Source: Clostridia bacterium
GTDB taxonomy: Bacteria > Bacillota > Clostridia > Christensenellales > CAG-138
Reading direction: 5' to 3'
Length of the DNA stretch: 64,000 nt
Assembly: GCA_017451295.1 (NCBI GenBank)
Contig: JAFSPW010000033.1
Span: 12,990-76,989, forward strand
Of the stretch, positions 1 through 9,488 are shown one piece after another. The notes under the pieces are model-generated. The model made no database searches. It saw nothing but the letters and a program-made list of their open reading frames with translations, and was not told where the DNA came from. Position 1 is the first letter of the stretch; each line of letters begins with the position of its first letter. The position numbers and the translations under genes are program-made.

Positions 1-766
1 TAAACACGCCGTCCTTGTCATGTATGCCTTCGGAGACGGCAATCATGCATTCCCCGTTTTTCTCGTCCATAACCCGCTTCACATCGGAAAGGAAGCTATC
101 CATGTCAAAATCCCGCTCCGGCAGGTAGACTAAGTCCGGACCGGAACCCATGGCCGTAGCCACGGCAGAGGAAGCAGCCAGCCAACCGGCATGACGGCCC
201 ATAATCTCCACGATGCAGACGGTGGGGTAATCATATACGGTGGAATCCTGACGAAGCTCCATGCAGCTGGTGATAACGTACTTGGCGGCAGAGGCAAAGC
301 CGGGGCAATGGTCGGTGCCAAACAGGTCGTTATCGATGGTCTTGGGCACGCCCATGACCCGGCAGGGATAGTTGGCTGCCTGCATGAATTTGCTGATTTT
401 ATTGCAGGTATCCATGGAGTCGTTGCCGCCGATATAGAAGAAGTAGCGGATGTTATGCTTTTTGAAGACCTCCAGCAAGCGGCGGTAGTCCGTATCGTCC
501 ACGGCGCTGTCCTTCAGCTTGTAGCGGCAGGAACCCAGGGCGGAGGAGGGGGTGTTCAGCAGATAGGAAAGTTCCTTTTCGTCCTCCAGGTCCATATCAT
601 ACAGTTTGTCTTCCAGAATGCCCTTGACGCCGTGAGCGGCGCCTAACACCCGGGTGATGTTGGGGTTATCCAAAGCGGTGCGAATCACGCCATAGGCGCT
701 GGCGTTGATAACGGAAGTGGGGCCACCGGACTGACCGACCAGGCATGCTCCGATTAGTTGTTCCAT
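1..766 (-). CDS. 6-phosphofructokinase family protein (PPi/ATP-dependent type); N-terminal ~255 aa only, 3' end off window
   Basis: My own minus-strand translation from ATG 766-764 (SD aaggagaaa upstream) gives MEQLIGACLVGQSGGPTSVINASAYGVI...FFYIGGNDSMDTCNKI...MGVPKTIDNDL...VEIMGRHAGWLA. These are the PFK motifs GGP..N, GG.DS, PKTIDND and MGR. It is absent from the ORF track because there is no stop in the window. Confidence 0.85.
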   Translation of the reverse strand, partial: MEQLIGACLVGQSGGPTSVINASAYGVIRTALDNPNITRVLGAAHGVKGILEDKLYDMDLEDEKELSYLLNTPSSALGSCRYKLKDSAVDDTDYRRLLEVFKKHNIRYFFYIGGNDSMDTCNKISKFMQAANYPCRVMGVPKTIDNDLFGTDHCPGFASAAKYVITSCMELRQDSTVYDYPTVCIVEIMGRHAGWLAASSAVATAMGSGPDLVYLPERDFDMDSFLSDVKRVMDEKNGECMIAVSEGIHDKDGVF

Positions 767-800
767 GTTGATTTCTCCTTTAGCTCTTTAACGTTTCGGC

Positions 801-1766
801 TCATTTTACTGTATTGTTATCCGTATTGCAAGGCCCATTGCCATACTTTTTTAAAAAACCTTCCAGACGGGAAAGGTATTCCTCCGTGGCGGCATAAAAG
901 CTGGCACAGTGAGCTGCACCCTCTACGGTGAACATTTGCTTGTCTGTGTGGCATTCGTCATAGTTCCGTTTGCCCATCTGATAGGGAACCAGATTATCCC
1001 CGGTGCCGTGAATGAACAGGAACGGCAAATTCGTTTTATCCAGAGCCTGACGGCTGGTAACCCTGAAATAGCTGTAGCCGGCCAGGACCATGGCCCAGAT
1101 GTTCATCAGCTGCATCATGGGGAAGGTTGGGACCTTGTAGGCGGTTTTGAGCGCAGTTCCCACCACGTCGATGGGGGAATAGTAGGCGGAATCCGCAATG
1201 ATGCCCTTGGTATTCTTCGGCAAATCAAGGCCGGAAGCAAAGATGACCGAAGCACCGCCCATGCTTTGTCCATACAGGAATAAAGGCAAATCCGGGTGCA
1301 GGCGGCTTAGTTCCCATGCCCAGGCGGCAATATCATATCGCTCCTTCACGCCAAAGGTGATATACTTTCCCTCACTCTTTCTGTGGGCACGCATATAGGG
1401 ATAGAGCACCGTATACCCTTGCTCATATAAATACTTGGCAATGGGACCCCATTCCCGGGACGGCCAGGAACGAAAGCCATGAGCAGCCACCACAAGGCCC
1501 TTCGGATTTGGCGCTTCTATCAGCTCTGCCTTTAGCTTTAAGCCATCCTTGCTGATTATTTCCAGCTCCCGTATAATCTGGGATTCATACCATTGCATGC
1601 CAGCTTCCATTCGCTGGCGAAACACCCGACGGCCGGAGGGAGCAACAGAGCTGCTGCGAAAGAGTTCGCTGCGGTCCCTGCGAGTGGAGCCACGCAAAAA
1701 GGCATACAGGCTGGCTGCCAGCAGACAAATGGCCAGCATGGCAAGGGCAATGAGAAAGTAACGCAT
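801..1766 (-). CDS. alpha/beta hydrolase, membrane-anchored
   Basis: 321 aa with an N-terminal hydrophobic helix. It has the nucleophile elbow GQSMGG and a C-terminal HG.GD / H pattern typical of the alpha/beta-hydrolase (S33/BAAT-like) fold. Confidence 0.8.
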   Translation of the reverse strand: MRYFLIALAMLAICLLAASLYAFLRGSTRRDRSELFRSSSVAPSGRRVFRQRMEAGMQWYESQIIRELEIISKDGLKLKAELIEAPNPKGLVVAAHGFRSWPSREWGPIAKYLYEQGYTVLYPYMRAHRKSEGKYITFGVKERYDIAAWAWELSRLHPDLPLFLYGQSMGGASVIFASGLDLPKNTKGIIADSAYYSPIDVVGTALKTAYKVPTFPMMQLMNIWAMVLAGYSYFRVTSRQALDKTNLPFLFIHGTGDNLVPYQMGKRNYDECHTDKQMFTVEGAAHCASFYAATEEYLSRLEGFLKKYGNGPCNTDNNTVK

Positions 1767-1918
1767 GACTGCTCCTTTAGATTCTTTGTTTCATTCTACC
1801 ACAGGTAACTATTATTTCAAAGGTATATTATCTTTTGGCAACATTTCTCCATAATTGACAGCGAATTGGAATTGGGATACTATATTTTCATACCAATATT
1901 TAGAGAAAGGTTTTTCTT

Positions 1919-2305
1919 ATGGACCGGGCAAGGACCAAGAAAGAGTTCTATCATTTGCCGCAGAATGAGAGCTTACGAAAACAGATCAAGGGCTCTGCTA
2001 TTATCTGCTATGTTTGCGGCGGCTATATGCTGTTGATGGCGGTGCTTTCGCACAATTCCTTCTTATTGGTGGATGCTTCCATCGTCGCCCTCTTAGGGGC
2101 AGGTGTGCAGTTCTCCCAAAGCCGCGCGTTTGCCATTGCTCTTGCCGTTTATGCCTTAGGGGATTTAATCATAGGCGTTATCATTAGCGGCTTTCTCAAT
2201 GGCTGGTTCCCCTTGATGTCTGCCGCCTTTGTTTGCTATTCCACCTTTAAGCTGCAGAAAGAATGGAAAGAGTATAGTATGTGCAAGGAGGATTCTCATG
2301 CGTAA
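1919..2305 (+). CDS. small integral membrane protein, function unknown
   Basis: 128 aa with 3-4 hydrophobic segments. Its stop overlaps the start of the downstream nucleoside hydrolase by 8 nt. I recognise no family. Confidence 0.5.
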   Translation: MDRARTKKEFYHLPQNESLRKQIKGSAIICYVCGGYMLLMAVLSHNSFLLVDASIVALLGAGVQFSQSRAFAIALAVYALGDLIIGVIISGFLNGWFPLMSAAFVCYSTFKLQKEWKEYSMCKEDSHA

Positions 2306-3221
2306 ACTATGGATTGACACCGATACCGCCTCTGACGATGCCGTGGCTTTGCTGATGGCCCTTCGGGAACCAAGCGTACAGGTTCTGGGCATCAGCGTGG
2401 TCATGGGGAATGTTAGCCTCGAGCAAGCCGTGAAGAATGCCCTCATCAGCGTGGAGCGGGCGGGAACCTATGCGCCGCCGGTCTATGCCGGTGCCTCAAA
2501 ACCCCTATATCGCAGCACAGATTTTGCAGTGGTTTGCCATGGGGTGGACGGGCTTTCCGATAGGGGGTATCCGGATGCGAAGCTTCAGGCGAAGGGCCAA
2601 AATGCTATGGAGGCCATGCTTCGCTGCGCCAGGGAGAATCCGGGAGAGGTGGAGCTGGTCACTTTGGGACCCTTAACTAATGTTGCCGCCGCTGCCTTTA
2701 TGGACCCGGAAGGTTTCAAGCTATTTAAATCCATCACCATTATGGGCGGCGCTCTTAGGATGCCCGGCAACTGGAGCCCCGTGGCGGAGTTTAACATCAT
2801 CATTGACCCGGAAGCCGCTGAAGCTGTGTTTCATGCCGGTGTTCCCGTCATACTGGCGCCCTTTGAAATCTGCACGGGGGACAGCCTTTTTGCCCAGGAG
2901 GACAGGGACAGACTCGCTGCTGCTTCCCCGACGGGCGCTTTTGCCGTTGACTGCAATTTGGTGCTGATTGAGTACGGCAAGCGTTTGGGTTTAAACGGCC
3001 TGTGCCTTGCGGACCCGGCTGCTATGGCGGTGGTGCTGTGGCCTCAAATCGTCCAGGAGAAGCAGGAAACCTATCTTTGCGTGGAGACGGCGGGGAAATA
3101 CACCACGGGGATGGTAATCTATGACTATATCGACCACCTCCATCGCCCGAAAAACGGCACGGTGATTCAGCGTATAGATGGGAAGGCGTTTAAGGAAAGG
3201 ACCATTCGCTGCCTTTCCTAA
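2298..3221 (+). CDS. nucleoside hydrolase (inosine/uridine-preferring family)
   Basis: Start re-set to ATG 2298, preceded by aaggagg. The N-terminus MRKLWIDTDTASDDAVAL carries the DxDxxxDD Ca-binding signature of IU-nucleoside hydrolases. 307 aa. Confidence 0.85.
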   Translation: MRKLWIDTDTASDDAVALLMALREPSVQVLGISVVMGNVSLEQAVKNALISVERAGTYAPPVYAGASKPLYRSTDFAVVCHGVDGLSDRGYPDAKLQAKGQNAMEAMLRCARENPGEVELVTLGPLTNVAAAAFMDPEGFKLFKSITIMGGALRMPGNWSPVAEFNIIIDPEAAEAVFHAGVPVILAPFEICTGDSLFAQEDRDRLAAASPTGAFAVDCNLVLIEYGKRLGLNGLCLADPAAMAVVLWPQIVQEKQETYLCVETAGKYTTGMVIYDYIDHLHRPKNGTVIQRIDGKAFKERTIRCLS

Positions 3222-3275
3222 AGCGACGAACCGTATAATTCCCCATGTAATTGCAAAACTCCTCCGAATCGTGCA

Positions 3276-3303
3276 TTGACAAGGCAAGGTATTTTGATAC
3301 AAT
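3276..3303 (+). promoter_or_regulatory. sigma-A type promoter (TTGACA-N16-TACAAT)
   Basis: TTGACA at 3276-3281 and TACAAT at 3298-3303. It would start transcription near 3310. Confidence 0.55.
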
Positions 3304-3532
3304 ACACCCACGCCTGCCGGATGAGTCTGGTGAGTCTGGGCAGGATACGAAACAGCCATCAACGCCCGTGGGCGAGGGTGGATATGGCATCGGTGCACGG
3401 AAGGATGTGGATTGCCTCTTCCAGATGATCGCTCAATCACTGGGCCTTTTGCGGCCAATGATGCAGACACGCTTTCTTTGCACCGAGGCCTTTTATAACC
3501 AGAATAGAACGGTATGACACCGTTCTTTTTTT
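3304..3532 (+). ncRNA. candidate stand-alone structured small RNA (~220 nt), family not recognised
   Basis: It is bounded by its own promoter (3276-3303) and an intrinsic terminator (3506-3532). Long complementary segments are 3305-3314/3371-3380, 3391-3404/3472-3485 and hairpin tip 3421-3429/3436-3443. The downstream gene has a separate promoter at 3539-3568. There is no SD-preceded ORF. Confidence 0.4.
3506..3532 (+). terminator. rho-independent terminator
   Basis: agaacggt-atgac-accgttct followed by a T7 run. Confidence 0.8.
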
Positions 3533-3538
3533 CGCCTC

Positions 3539-3568
3539 TTGACGATTCAGCCCTGAAAAAAGTATACT
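3539..3568 (+). promoter_or_regulatory. sigma-A type promoter (TTGACG-N18-TATACT) for the cytidylate kinase-like gene
   Basis: TTGACG at 3539-3544 and TATACT at 3563-3568, about 55 nt upstream of ATG 3625. Confidence 0.55.
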
Positions 3569-3624
3569 ATATGTAAGAAGCGATTCCATTGCTTGAAAAC
3601 AGGCTTTTGAAGGGAGGCATTGTC

Positions 3625-4230
3625 ATGAAAAAGACGATTATCACCATTAGCCGTGAGTTTGGCAGCGGCGGTCGTACCATTGGGCATCTGGTGGCCGAAA
3701 AGCTGGGTTATCCCTATTATGACAAGGAGCTTATCAAGACGGTGGCGGAGAAAACCGGTTTTGATCCCAACTATGTGGAGGAGTACGGCGAGTATTCCCC
3801 CGGCAAAACCCTGCTCTCTCTGCTCTCATCCTATACTGGTTCCCGGGGCACCATGGGCGGTATGAGCATCTATGACTTCCTGTATGTGGTCCAGCGCAAG
3901 GTGATTTTAGAGGTGGCGGACAAAGGTCCCTGTGTCATCGTTGGTCGCTGTGCCGACTATATTCTAAAGGACCGTGAGGACGCCCTTCATGTGTTTATCC
4001 ATGCAGACGAAGCCTTCAAGGAGGAACGCATCGTTCGCCTCTATGGGGAAAGCGAAAAGAAGCCTGCCGAGCGCTTGAAGGAGAAGGATACCAAGCGGGC
4101 AGTAAACTATAAGCACTTTACGGACAGAAACTGGGGCGATGCCAGGAACTATGGCTTGTCTCTGAACAGCTCCACCCTGGGCATCGATAAGTGCGTGGAA
4201 CTGATTTGCGAAGTCGCCAATTTGGATTGA
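3625..4230 (+). CDS. cytidylate kinase-like family protein (P-loop NTPase)
   Basis: Start re-set to ATG 3625 (SD agggagg 7 nt upstream). MKKTIITISREFGSGGRTIGHLVAEKLGYPYYDKELI is the typical N-terminus of the cytidylate-kinase-like (Cytidylate_kin2) family. Confidence 0.75.
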   Translation: MKKTIITISREFGSGGRTIGHLVAEKLGYPYYDKELIKTVAEKTGFDPNYVEEYGEYSPGKTLLSLLSSYTGSRGTMGGMSIYDFLYVVQRKVILEVADKGPCVIVGRCADYILKDREDALHVFIHADEAFKEERIVRLYGESEKKPAERLKEKDTKRAVNYKHFTDRNWGDARNYGLSLNSSTLGIDKCVELICEVANLD

Positions 4231-4243
4231 TTCCAATTTAAGT

Positions 4244-4277
4244 AGCGGTGCTTTCCTGCAGGAGAGCACCGCTTTTG
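4244..4277 (+). terminator. rho-independent terminator between convergent genes
   Basis: 13-bp stem agcggtgctttcc / ggagagcaccgct with loop tgca, followed by TTTT. Confidence 0.75.
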
Positions 4278-4571
4278 TCATTTCTCTATTCTATCCAGTA
4301 TGTCCCCATAGCCTCCCGCACCGTAGGCGAGGCTTTTATTCACCCGTGAAATGGTGGCGGTGGAGGCACCGGTCATCTTTGCCACCTCCGTATAGGTGAT
4401 GCCTTGCCGCAAGAGCTTTGCAACCGTGAACCGTTGGGACATGGCCTTTAGCTCCTGTATGGTGCATAGGTCTTCAAAAAAGCTATAGCACTCTTCCAGA
4501 TTAGATAAGGCAAGGATACCCTGGAACAGGAAGTCTGTTTCTGTTTGATTCATCTTGCTGTTGTTCGTCAT
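4278..4571 (-). CDS. TrpR-like YerC/YecD family protein
   Basis: 97 aa. The sequence ...LCTIQELKAMSQRFTVAKLL..GITYTEVAKMTGASTATISRVNKSL.YG.GGY is the YerC/YecD (Trp-repressor-like HTH) pattern. Confidence 0.8.
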   Translation of the reverse strand: MTNNSKMNQTETDFLFQGILALSNLEECYSFFEDLCTIQELKAMSQRFTVAKLLRQGITYTEVAKMTGASTATISRVNKSLAYGAGGYGDILDRIEK

Positions 4572-4586
4572 TATTCTCTCTCCATT

Positions 4587-5342
4587 TCATTTTGTTATGC
4601 CGGAAAGAAACTCTTTAAGGGCAGGGGAGGAGGGGTTGTCCAAAATGGATGCGGGACCTTCTTCCTCCACCACGCCGTTGAGTATAAACACGATTCTGTC
4701 CGCCACGGATCGGGCAAAGTTGATTTCGTGGGTCACAACAGCCATGGTCATGCCTTCCTCCGCTAAGGTTCGAATCACCTGGAGTACGCTCCCGGTCAGT
4801 AAGGGGTCCAGGGCGGAGGTAGGCTCATCAAAGAACAAAACCTTGGGGTCCATAGCCAGCGCCCGCGCGATGGACAAACGCTGCTGCTCGCCTCCGGAGA
4901 GCTGATACGGATAGGCATCTGCCCGGTGGGATAGATCCATTTTCTTGAGCAGTGCCCGGGCTCGTTCCTCGGCTTCCTTTGCCGTGCGCTTTTTTACATG
5001 AATCTGCGCATCGGTTACATTCTTCAGGGCGCTGAAGTGGGGGAACAGGTTGAAGCTCTGAAACACAAAGCCCATGTTGCTGCGAACTTGTTTCAGCTCC
5101 TTTGGGCCGGCATACACACATTGACCATTTTCCATCCAGGCCACCTTTTTGTCAAGGCAAATCATGCTGCCCTCGTCCATTCTTTCCAGCAGCCCTGCAC
5201 AGCGAATCAGCGTACTTTTTCCAGAGCCGGAGGGGCCGAGAATAGCCACAGTCTCCCCTTCCCGGATGGAAAGGGACACGCCTTTTAGGATAGGCCGTCC
5301 CTCAAAATTCTTTTTCAGGTTGTTGATTGTAAGAACGTTCAT
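4587..5342 (-). CDS. polar amino acid ABC transporter, ATP-binding protein
   Basis: Walker A GPSGSGKST, signature LSGGEQQR, Walker B LFFDEPTSALD. GlnQ/HisP-like. Confidence 0.9.
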   Translation of the reverse strand: MNVLTINNLKKNFEGRPILKGVSLSIREGETVAILGPSGSGKSTLIRCAGLLERMDEGSMICLDKKVAWMENGQCVYAGPKELKQVRSNMGFVFQSFNLFPHFSALKNVTDAQIHVKKRTAKEAEERARALLKKMDLSHRADAYPYQLSGGEQQRLSIARALAMDPKVLFFDEPTSALDPLLTGSVLQVIRTLAEEGMTMAVVTHEINFARSVADRIVFILNGVVEEEGPASILDNPSSPALKEFLSGITK

Positions 5343-5989
5343 CAGCGATAATAACTCAACTTCTTTTCCGCCAGGGCGGAGAGCCTGGCCACAATGAGGT
5401 TAAACACATAATAGAATAATGCGGCAGCGGCAAAGGGAACCATGCTCTTTTGTGCGGCGGCAATCTGCTTAGCCATAGTGAACATCTCCATCACCCCAAT
5501 GGCAAAAGCCAGGGAGGTGTCCTTCACCAGGGTGATAATCTCGTTGGTCATGGGGGGCAGAATCCGCTTGACCGTTTGGGGAAGGATAATCCCAAAAAAG
5601 GTTTGCCCCTTGCTGTAGCCCAGAACCTCGGCAGCTTCGTACTGGGTCTTGGGAATGCTTTCTATGCCCGCTCGATAGATCTCTGCAAAGTAAGCGGCAT
5701 AGTTTAGCACAAAAGCAATGACTACCGCCGTAAACCGATACCCGGTGAGGGGAATATGAAAGACATACCAGGGGGCAAAGTAGACCACCAGCAGCTGCAG
5801 CATCAAGGGTGTGCCGCGCATGATGGAGATATACCCCTGGCACAGAAGGGAGATGGGCCGAAACCGGCTCATCTCTCCAAAGGCCAAAGGCAATGCCAGG
5901 GGGATTGCCCCCAGGAGGGTCAGGCAGAACAATAGCATGGATGTGGCCATACCCTCCCAAAGCTGGCTTGTGATTTGCAGAAAGCTCAT
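5342..5989 (-). CDS. amino acid ABC transporter permease
   Basis: 215 aa, multi-TM, with an EAA-type loop (EAAEVLGYSKGQTFFGIILPQ). Start and stop abut the flanking ABC genes. Confidence 0.9.
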   Translation of the reverse strand: MSFLQITSQLWEGMATSMLLFCLTLLGAIPLALPLAFGEMSRFRPISLLCQGYISIMRGTPLMLQLLVVYFAPWYVFHIPLTGYRFTAVVIAFVLNYAAYFAEIYRAGIESIPKTQYEAAEVLGYSKGQTFFGIILPQTVKRILPPMTNEIITLVKDTSLAFAIGVMEMFTMAKQIAAAQKSMVPFAAAALFYYVFNLIVARLSALAEKKLSYYR

Positions 5990-6802
5990 TTATTTCCCCA
6001 GGATGCACACGTCGTAGCCAAACCAGTTGTTGGAGATTTGGGCAAAGGTGCCGTCGCTGACCATGTTCATCAGCTCCGCCTGGACCTTGTCCCTCAATTC
6101 CGTGTTGCCCAGCTTGAAGCCGATGCCATACTGCTCTGCCTGCAGGGGCTGCTCCAGGATGGCGAAGGCATCGCTGCGGCCTTTCATTTGGAACTTAGCC
6201 ACGCCAATGTCCATGGCGATGGCATCAATGGCCCCGGATTCCAGCTCCATAAAGGCGGTGTTGTAGTTGGCGCACAGCTCCAACGAAGCGAAAGAAGAGA
6301 GCAGGTCGGCGTTCTCCTCCTCCTTTAATGCGGTCTCGGCAGCGCTTTCCTTCTGGGCGGACACCACCTTACCGGCAAGACCGGCAAAGTCCGTGATGCC
6401 GTCTGCCGCACGGGTAATAAACACCTGAGAATTATCCATATAGGCGTCAGTCCAGGTGTACTGATCCTCCCGGCCGTTCATGGTGAAGCCGTTCCAGATG
6501 CAGTCGATGGAACCGGATTCCAGCTCAAAGTCCTTGCTGTCCCAGTCTATGGGAATTAGTTCGATATTCCATCCCAGGCGGGAGCAAAGGGCCTTGGCCA
6601 TGTCGATATCGAAACCCACATAGTCGCCGTTCTCATCCCGATAACCGTAAGGGGGAAATTCGGCATCGAAGCCCAGTTTCAAAGTGAAGACTTCCTGGAT
6701 ATCCTCCGCCGTCTTATTCTCCTTAGAACAGCCGACAAATGCGGTGAACAGCAGCATGGCAGCCAGCAGTACAGCGGCGAACCGAGAAAAGTTGGATTTC
6801 AT
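5990..6802 (-). CDS. amino acid ABC transporter substrate-binding lipoprotein
   Basis: Start re-set to ATG 6802 (SD ggagg). It has a signal peptide plus lipobox FVGC, and a type-3 SBP-like body. Confidence 0.85.
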   Translation of the reverse strand: MKSNFSRFAAVLLAAMLLFTAFVGCSKENKTAEDIQEVFTLKLGFDAEFPPYGYRDENGDYVGFDIDMAKALCSRLGWNIELIPIDWDSKDFELESGSIDCIWNGFTMNGREDQYTWTDAYMDNSQVFITRAADGITDFAGLAGKVVSAQKESAAETALKEEENADLLSSFASLELCANYNTAFMELESGAIDAIAMDIGVAKFQMKGRSDAFAILEQPLQAEQYGIGFKLGNTELRDKVQAELMNMVSDGTFAQISNNWFGYDVCILGK

Positions 6803-6910
6803 TACAGTAACCTCCGTTGTTTTATGCTTTAGCATATTAGCACACTACTACACTAAAGTAAAGAGGTAAATTGAAATAAACCAAACTTTTTTTCAAAAAA
6901 TGCTTTTGCC

Positions 6911-8416
6911 TTAGTTGGCGAAGAAGCGGCTGTCCTTCTGCAGCACGTCGTGAGCGCCGCCTTCCACCATGGAGGCGGGGGAGACCAGGGTGAGCCTTGC
7001 CTTGTCCCGAAGCTCATCAATGGAGATGGCGCCGCAGTTGCACATGGTCGAGCGCACCTTATGCAGGGTCTGTTCCACATTGGTGTGCAGGGAGCCGGCA
7101 TAGGGCACATAGGAATCCACGCCCTCTTCAAAGGTGAGCTTCTTTTCACCGCCGTTATCGTACCGCTGCCAGTTACGGGCACGGGCGCTGCCTTCACCCC
7201 AATACTCCTTCATATAGCTGCCATTGATAAGGACCTTGCTGGTGGGGCTTTCATCGCACCGCGCAAAGTAACGGCCAAGCATACAGAAATCAGCACCCAT
7301 GGCAAGCGCCAGGGTGATATGATAATCTTGAACGATGCCGCCGTCAGCACAGATGGGCACATAGATGCCGGTTTCCTTCAGATACTGATCCCGGGCAGCT
7401 GCCACATCCTGCACGGCGGTGGCTTGTCCCCGGCCGATTCCTTTGGTCTCTCGGGTGATGCAGATGCTGCCGCCGCCGATGCCCACCTTAACAAAGTCAG
7501 CTCCGGCTTCGGCAAGGAAGCGGAAGCCTTCTGCGTCTACAACATTGCCGGCACCGATTTTCACCGAATCGCCGTAGTTCTTGCGAACAAAGTCGATGGT
7601 CCGCTTTTGCCACTCGGTAAAGCCCTCAGAGGAGTCGATGCAAAGAACATCTGCACCGGCTTCAATGAGAGCCGGAATGCGCTGCTCATAGTCCCGGGTG
7701 TTTACACCGGCGCCAACCACATACCGCTTGTGGCTGTCCAAAAGCTCCAGGGGGTTTTCCTTGTGTTCGTCATAATCCTTGCGGAACACGAAGCTGGACA
7801 TGCGCCCATCCTTGGTTATAATGGGCAGGGCGTTTAGCTTGTGCTCCCAAATGATATCATTCGCCTCTTTCAAACTGATTCCCTCATAGGCATACACCAG
7901 GGAGGAGAAGGGGGTCATAAACTCCTTTACGGGAGTATCTAAACTCATGCGGCTGACCCGGTAGTCCCGGCTGGTCACCATCCCCAGCAGCTGGCCGTCG
8001 GGGGTGCCGTCGTGGGTGACGGCTAAGGTGGAGTGGCCGGAAGCCTCCTTCAGCCGAAGCACATCCGCCAGGGTGGAATCGGGGGTCACATTGGTGTCGC
8101 TGCGGACAAAGCCGGACTTATACTTTTTTACCGCTCGAACCATGGCGGCCTGGCTTTCGATACTCTGCGAAACGAAAATAAAGGAAACGCCGCCTTCCCG
8201 GGCAAGGGCAATGCCCATGCGCTCTCCGGAAACGGACTGCATCACGGCGGACACCAGGGGGATGTTCATGGAAAGAGCCGGCGTTTCACCGATTTTGTAC
8301 TTGCACAACGGGGTAACCAAGGACACATTCTGTGGGGTGCATTGTGCAGAGGAATAGCCGGGGACCAGCAGGTACTCGGAGAAGGTTCGGGAGGGTTCCT
8401 GAAAATAGTATGCCAT
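6911..8416 (-). CDS. guaB: IMP dehydrogenase (long, ~500-aa type with CBS pair)
   Basis: Start re-set to ATG 8416 (SD aaggag). [23 protein letters not shown]..., [14 protein letters not shown], catalytic loop [12 protein letters not shown]. Confidence 0.9.
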   Translation of the reverse strand: MAYYFQEPSRTFSEYLLVPGYSSAQCTPQNVSLVTPLCKYKIGETPALSMNIPLVSAVMQSVSGERMGIALAREGGVSFIFVSQSIESQAAMVRAVKKYKSGFVRSDTNVTPDSTLADVLRLKEASGHSTLAVTHDGTPDGQLLGMVTSRDYRVSRMSLDTPVKEFMTPFSSLVYAYEGISLKEANDIIWEHKLNALPIITKDGRMSSFVFRKDYDEHKENPLELLDSHKRYVVGAGVNTRDYEQRIPALIEAGADVLCIDSSEGFTEWQKRTIDFVRKNYGDSVKIGAGNVVDAEGFRFLAEAGADFVKVGIGGGSICITRETKGIGRGQATAVQDVAAARDQYLKETGIYVPICADGGIVQDYHITLALAMGADFCMLGRYFARCDESPTSKVLINGSYMKEYWGEGSARARNWQRYDNGGEKKLTFEEGVDSYVPYAGSLHTNVEQTLHKVRSTMCNCGAISIDELRDKARLTLVSPASMVEGGAHDVLQKDSRFFAN

Positions 8417-8483
8417 GTTGAGCTCCTTACATAATTTTACACAGTATACATGGTTTTGTTCCAAAAGACAATCCGAAATTCCC

Positions 8484-9488
8484 TTATCTTTTAACACCTT
8501 TTGCCATGATGGAAAGCAGGAAGACATAGATAAGAGAAACGGCAAAACTCAGCAGCAGTCCACCTGCGGTGAGTGTTCTTCTCATCATCTCTTGCCCAGA
8601 TGTAAAGACGGCGGCGGGAATGGGAAACAGAGGAAACACAATATAGCACACCAGAAACACAAGGCACGCCAACAGCAGCTTTTTCACTATATAATTACCC
8701 AATCGCACAGAGGGGAACACGCATACCGTTTGCAATGCCACAGTCATGCCCCCAAAGGCGGCTGCGCCGCATAAAAGGCTGACCTTTACTCTTAGGGGCA
8801 CAGCAAGGCTCGATAGAGCCATGGCGCCAGTACTGACTTCCATGAAAGGTGCAATAATGGGATACAAGGGTGTCAGCAGCGGAAAACTCCGAAGCACCCC
8901 AAGAAGGGAGGAGGCAAAGACTACACAACCGCACACACGCAATATATCCAGCATGCTGTTTTCAATGGCAAGAGAGAAAGCCTTTGCAAAAGGGAGAGGG
9001 ACAGATTGGCGGCCGACAACGGCTTTGCCTTTGTTGATTATCAAAAAACAGCTAAGACAAGCTGCGCTCACCAAGTAAAAACTCATGGAAAAAGGCAAAA
9101 GAATTCTCTTGTGTTCCGGGGTTAGCAATGCTATGATAGAGAACAAAAATGCTGGGCTAACCTGGTTAATATAGGGCAAAAGCCTTTGCGCTTGGGTTGC
9201 CTCTATGGCGCCGTCTTCCACTAAGAGCTGCAGTTGTTTGGCCCCGTTGGGGGCTCCTGCTGCCAGGGAAAAAAGGCATAGTATCGGCAGCTTTCCCTTT
9301 GGGTTTTTGTTGGATAGTATACCCAGGCTTTGGCACAGTTTCAAGCTGATAAAACAGGGGAGCAACGTCGGGAGCAGTCGCTCCTGCCAGATGTTTAGTC
9401 CCTCCTTGGCACCGGCTGTTGCGGCGGCAGGGAAGAGGAGCAGCAGGATAAAAAACAGCAGGATGGCATAGGGCAGCTTATGTTTCAT
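8484..9488 (-). CDS. ylbJ: YlbJ-like sporulation integral membrane protein (nucleoside-recognition-domain type)
   Basis: 334 aa and polytopic. Its N-terminus [22 protein letters not shown] resembles YlbJ, and it is adjacent to ylbK/ylbM homologues as in Bacillus. Confidence 0.6.
   Translation of the reverse strand: MKHKLPYAILLFFILLLLFPAAATAGAKEGLNIWQERLLPTLLPCFISLKLCQSLGILSNKNPKGKLPILCLFSLAAGAPNGAKQLQLLVEDGAIEATQAQRLLPYINQVSPAFLFSIIALLTPEHKRILLPFSMSFYLVSAACLSCFLIINKGKAVVGRQSVPLPFAKAFSLAIENSMLDILRVCGCVVFASSLLGVLRSFPLLTPLYPIIAPFMEVSTGAMALSSLAVPLRVKVSLLCGAAAFGGMTVALQTVCVFPSVRLGNYIVKKLLLACLVFLVCYIVFPLFPIPAAVFTSGQEMMRRTLTAGGLLLSFAVSLIYVFLLSIMAKGVKR

Noticed and set aside
3251-3517. 88-aa ORF covering the candidate small-RNA locus.
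   Set aside because: Its ATG lies upstream of the only good promoter (3276-3303). It has no SD and an odd composition, and it ends inside the terminator region. The RNA interpretation fits the promoter/terminator geometry better.
3304-3532. Assignment of the orphan RNA to SRP RNA, 6S RNA, tmRNA, RNase P RNA, or a cobalamin/TPP/ZTP riboswitch.
   Set aside because: By eye I could not find the diagnostic cores: GGAAGCAGCC (domain IV), GAGGAAAGUCC, a tRNA-like CCA end, the B12 box, or CUGAGA...ACCUGA. The 5' and 3' ends also do not pair with each other as in 6S RNA. It needs a covariance-model search.
6911-8545. ORF-track N-terminal extensions: guaB to 8545, smc from 29356, ttcA-like from 53179, folD-like from 45167, floA from 58939, rarA to 56783, PPTase to 49813, add from 43149, hisS from 21489, PfkB kinase to 58326, and the SBP to 6835.
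   Set aside because: The extensions have no SD, run through upstream genes, promoters, terminators or the T-box, and add sequence with no homology-like character. In each case an internal ATG/GTG/TTG with a good SD gives the family-typical N-terminus.
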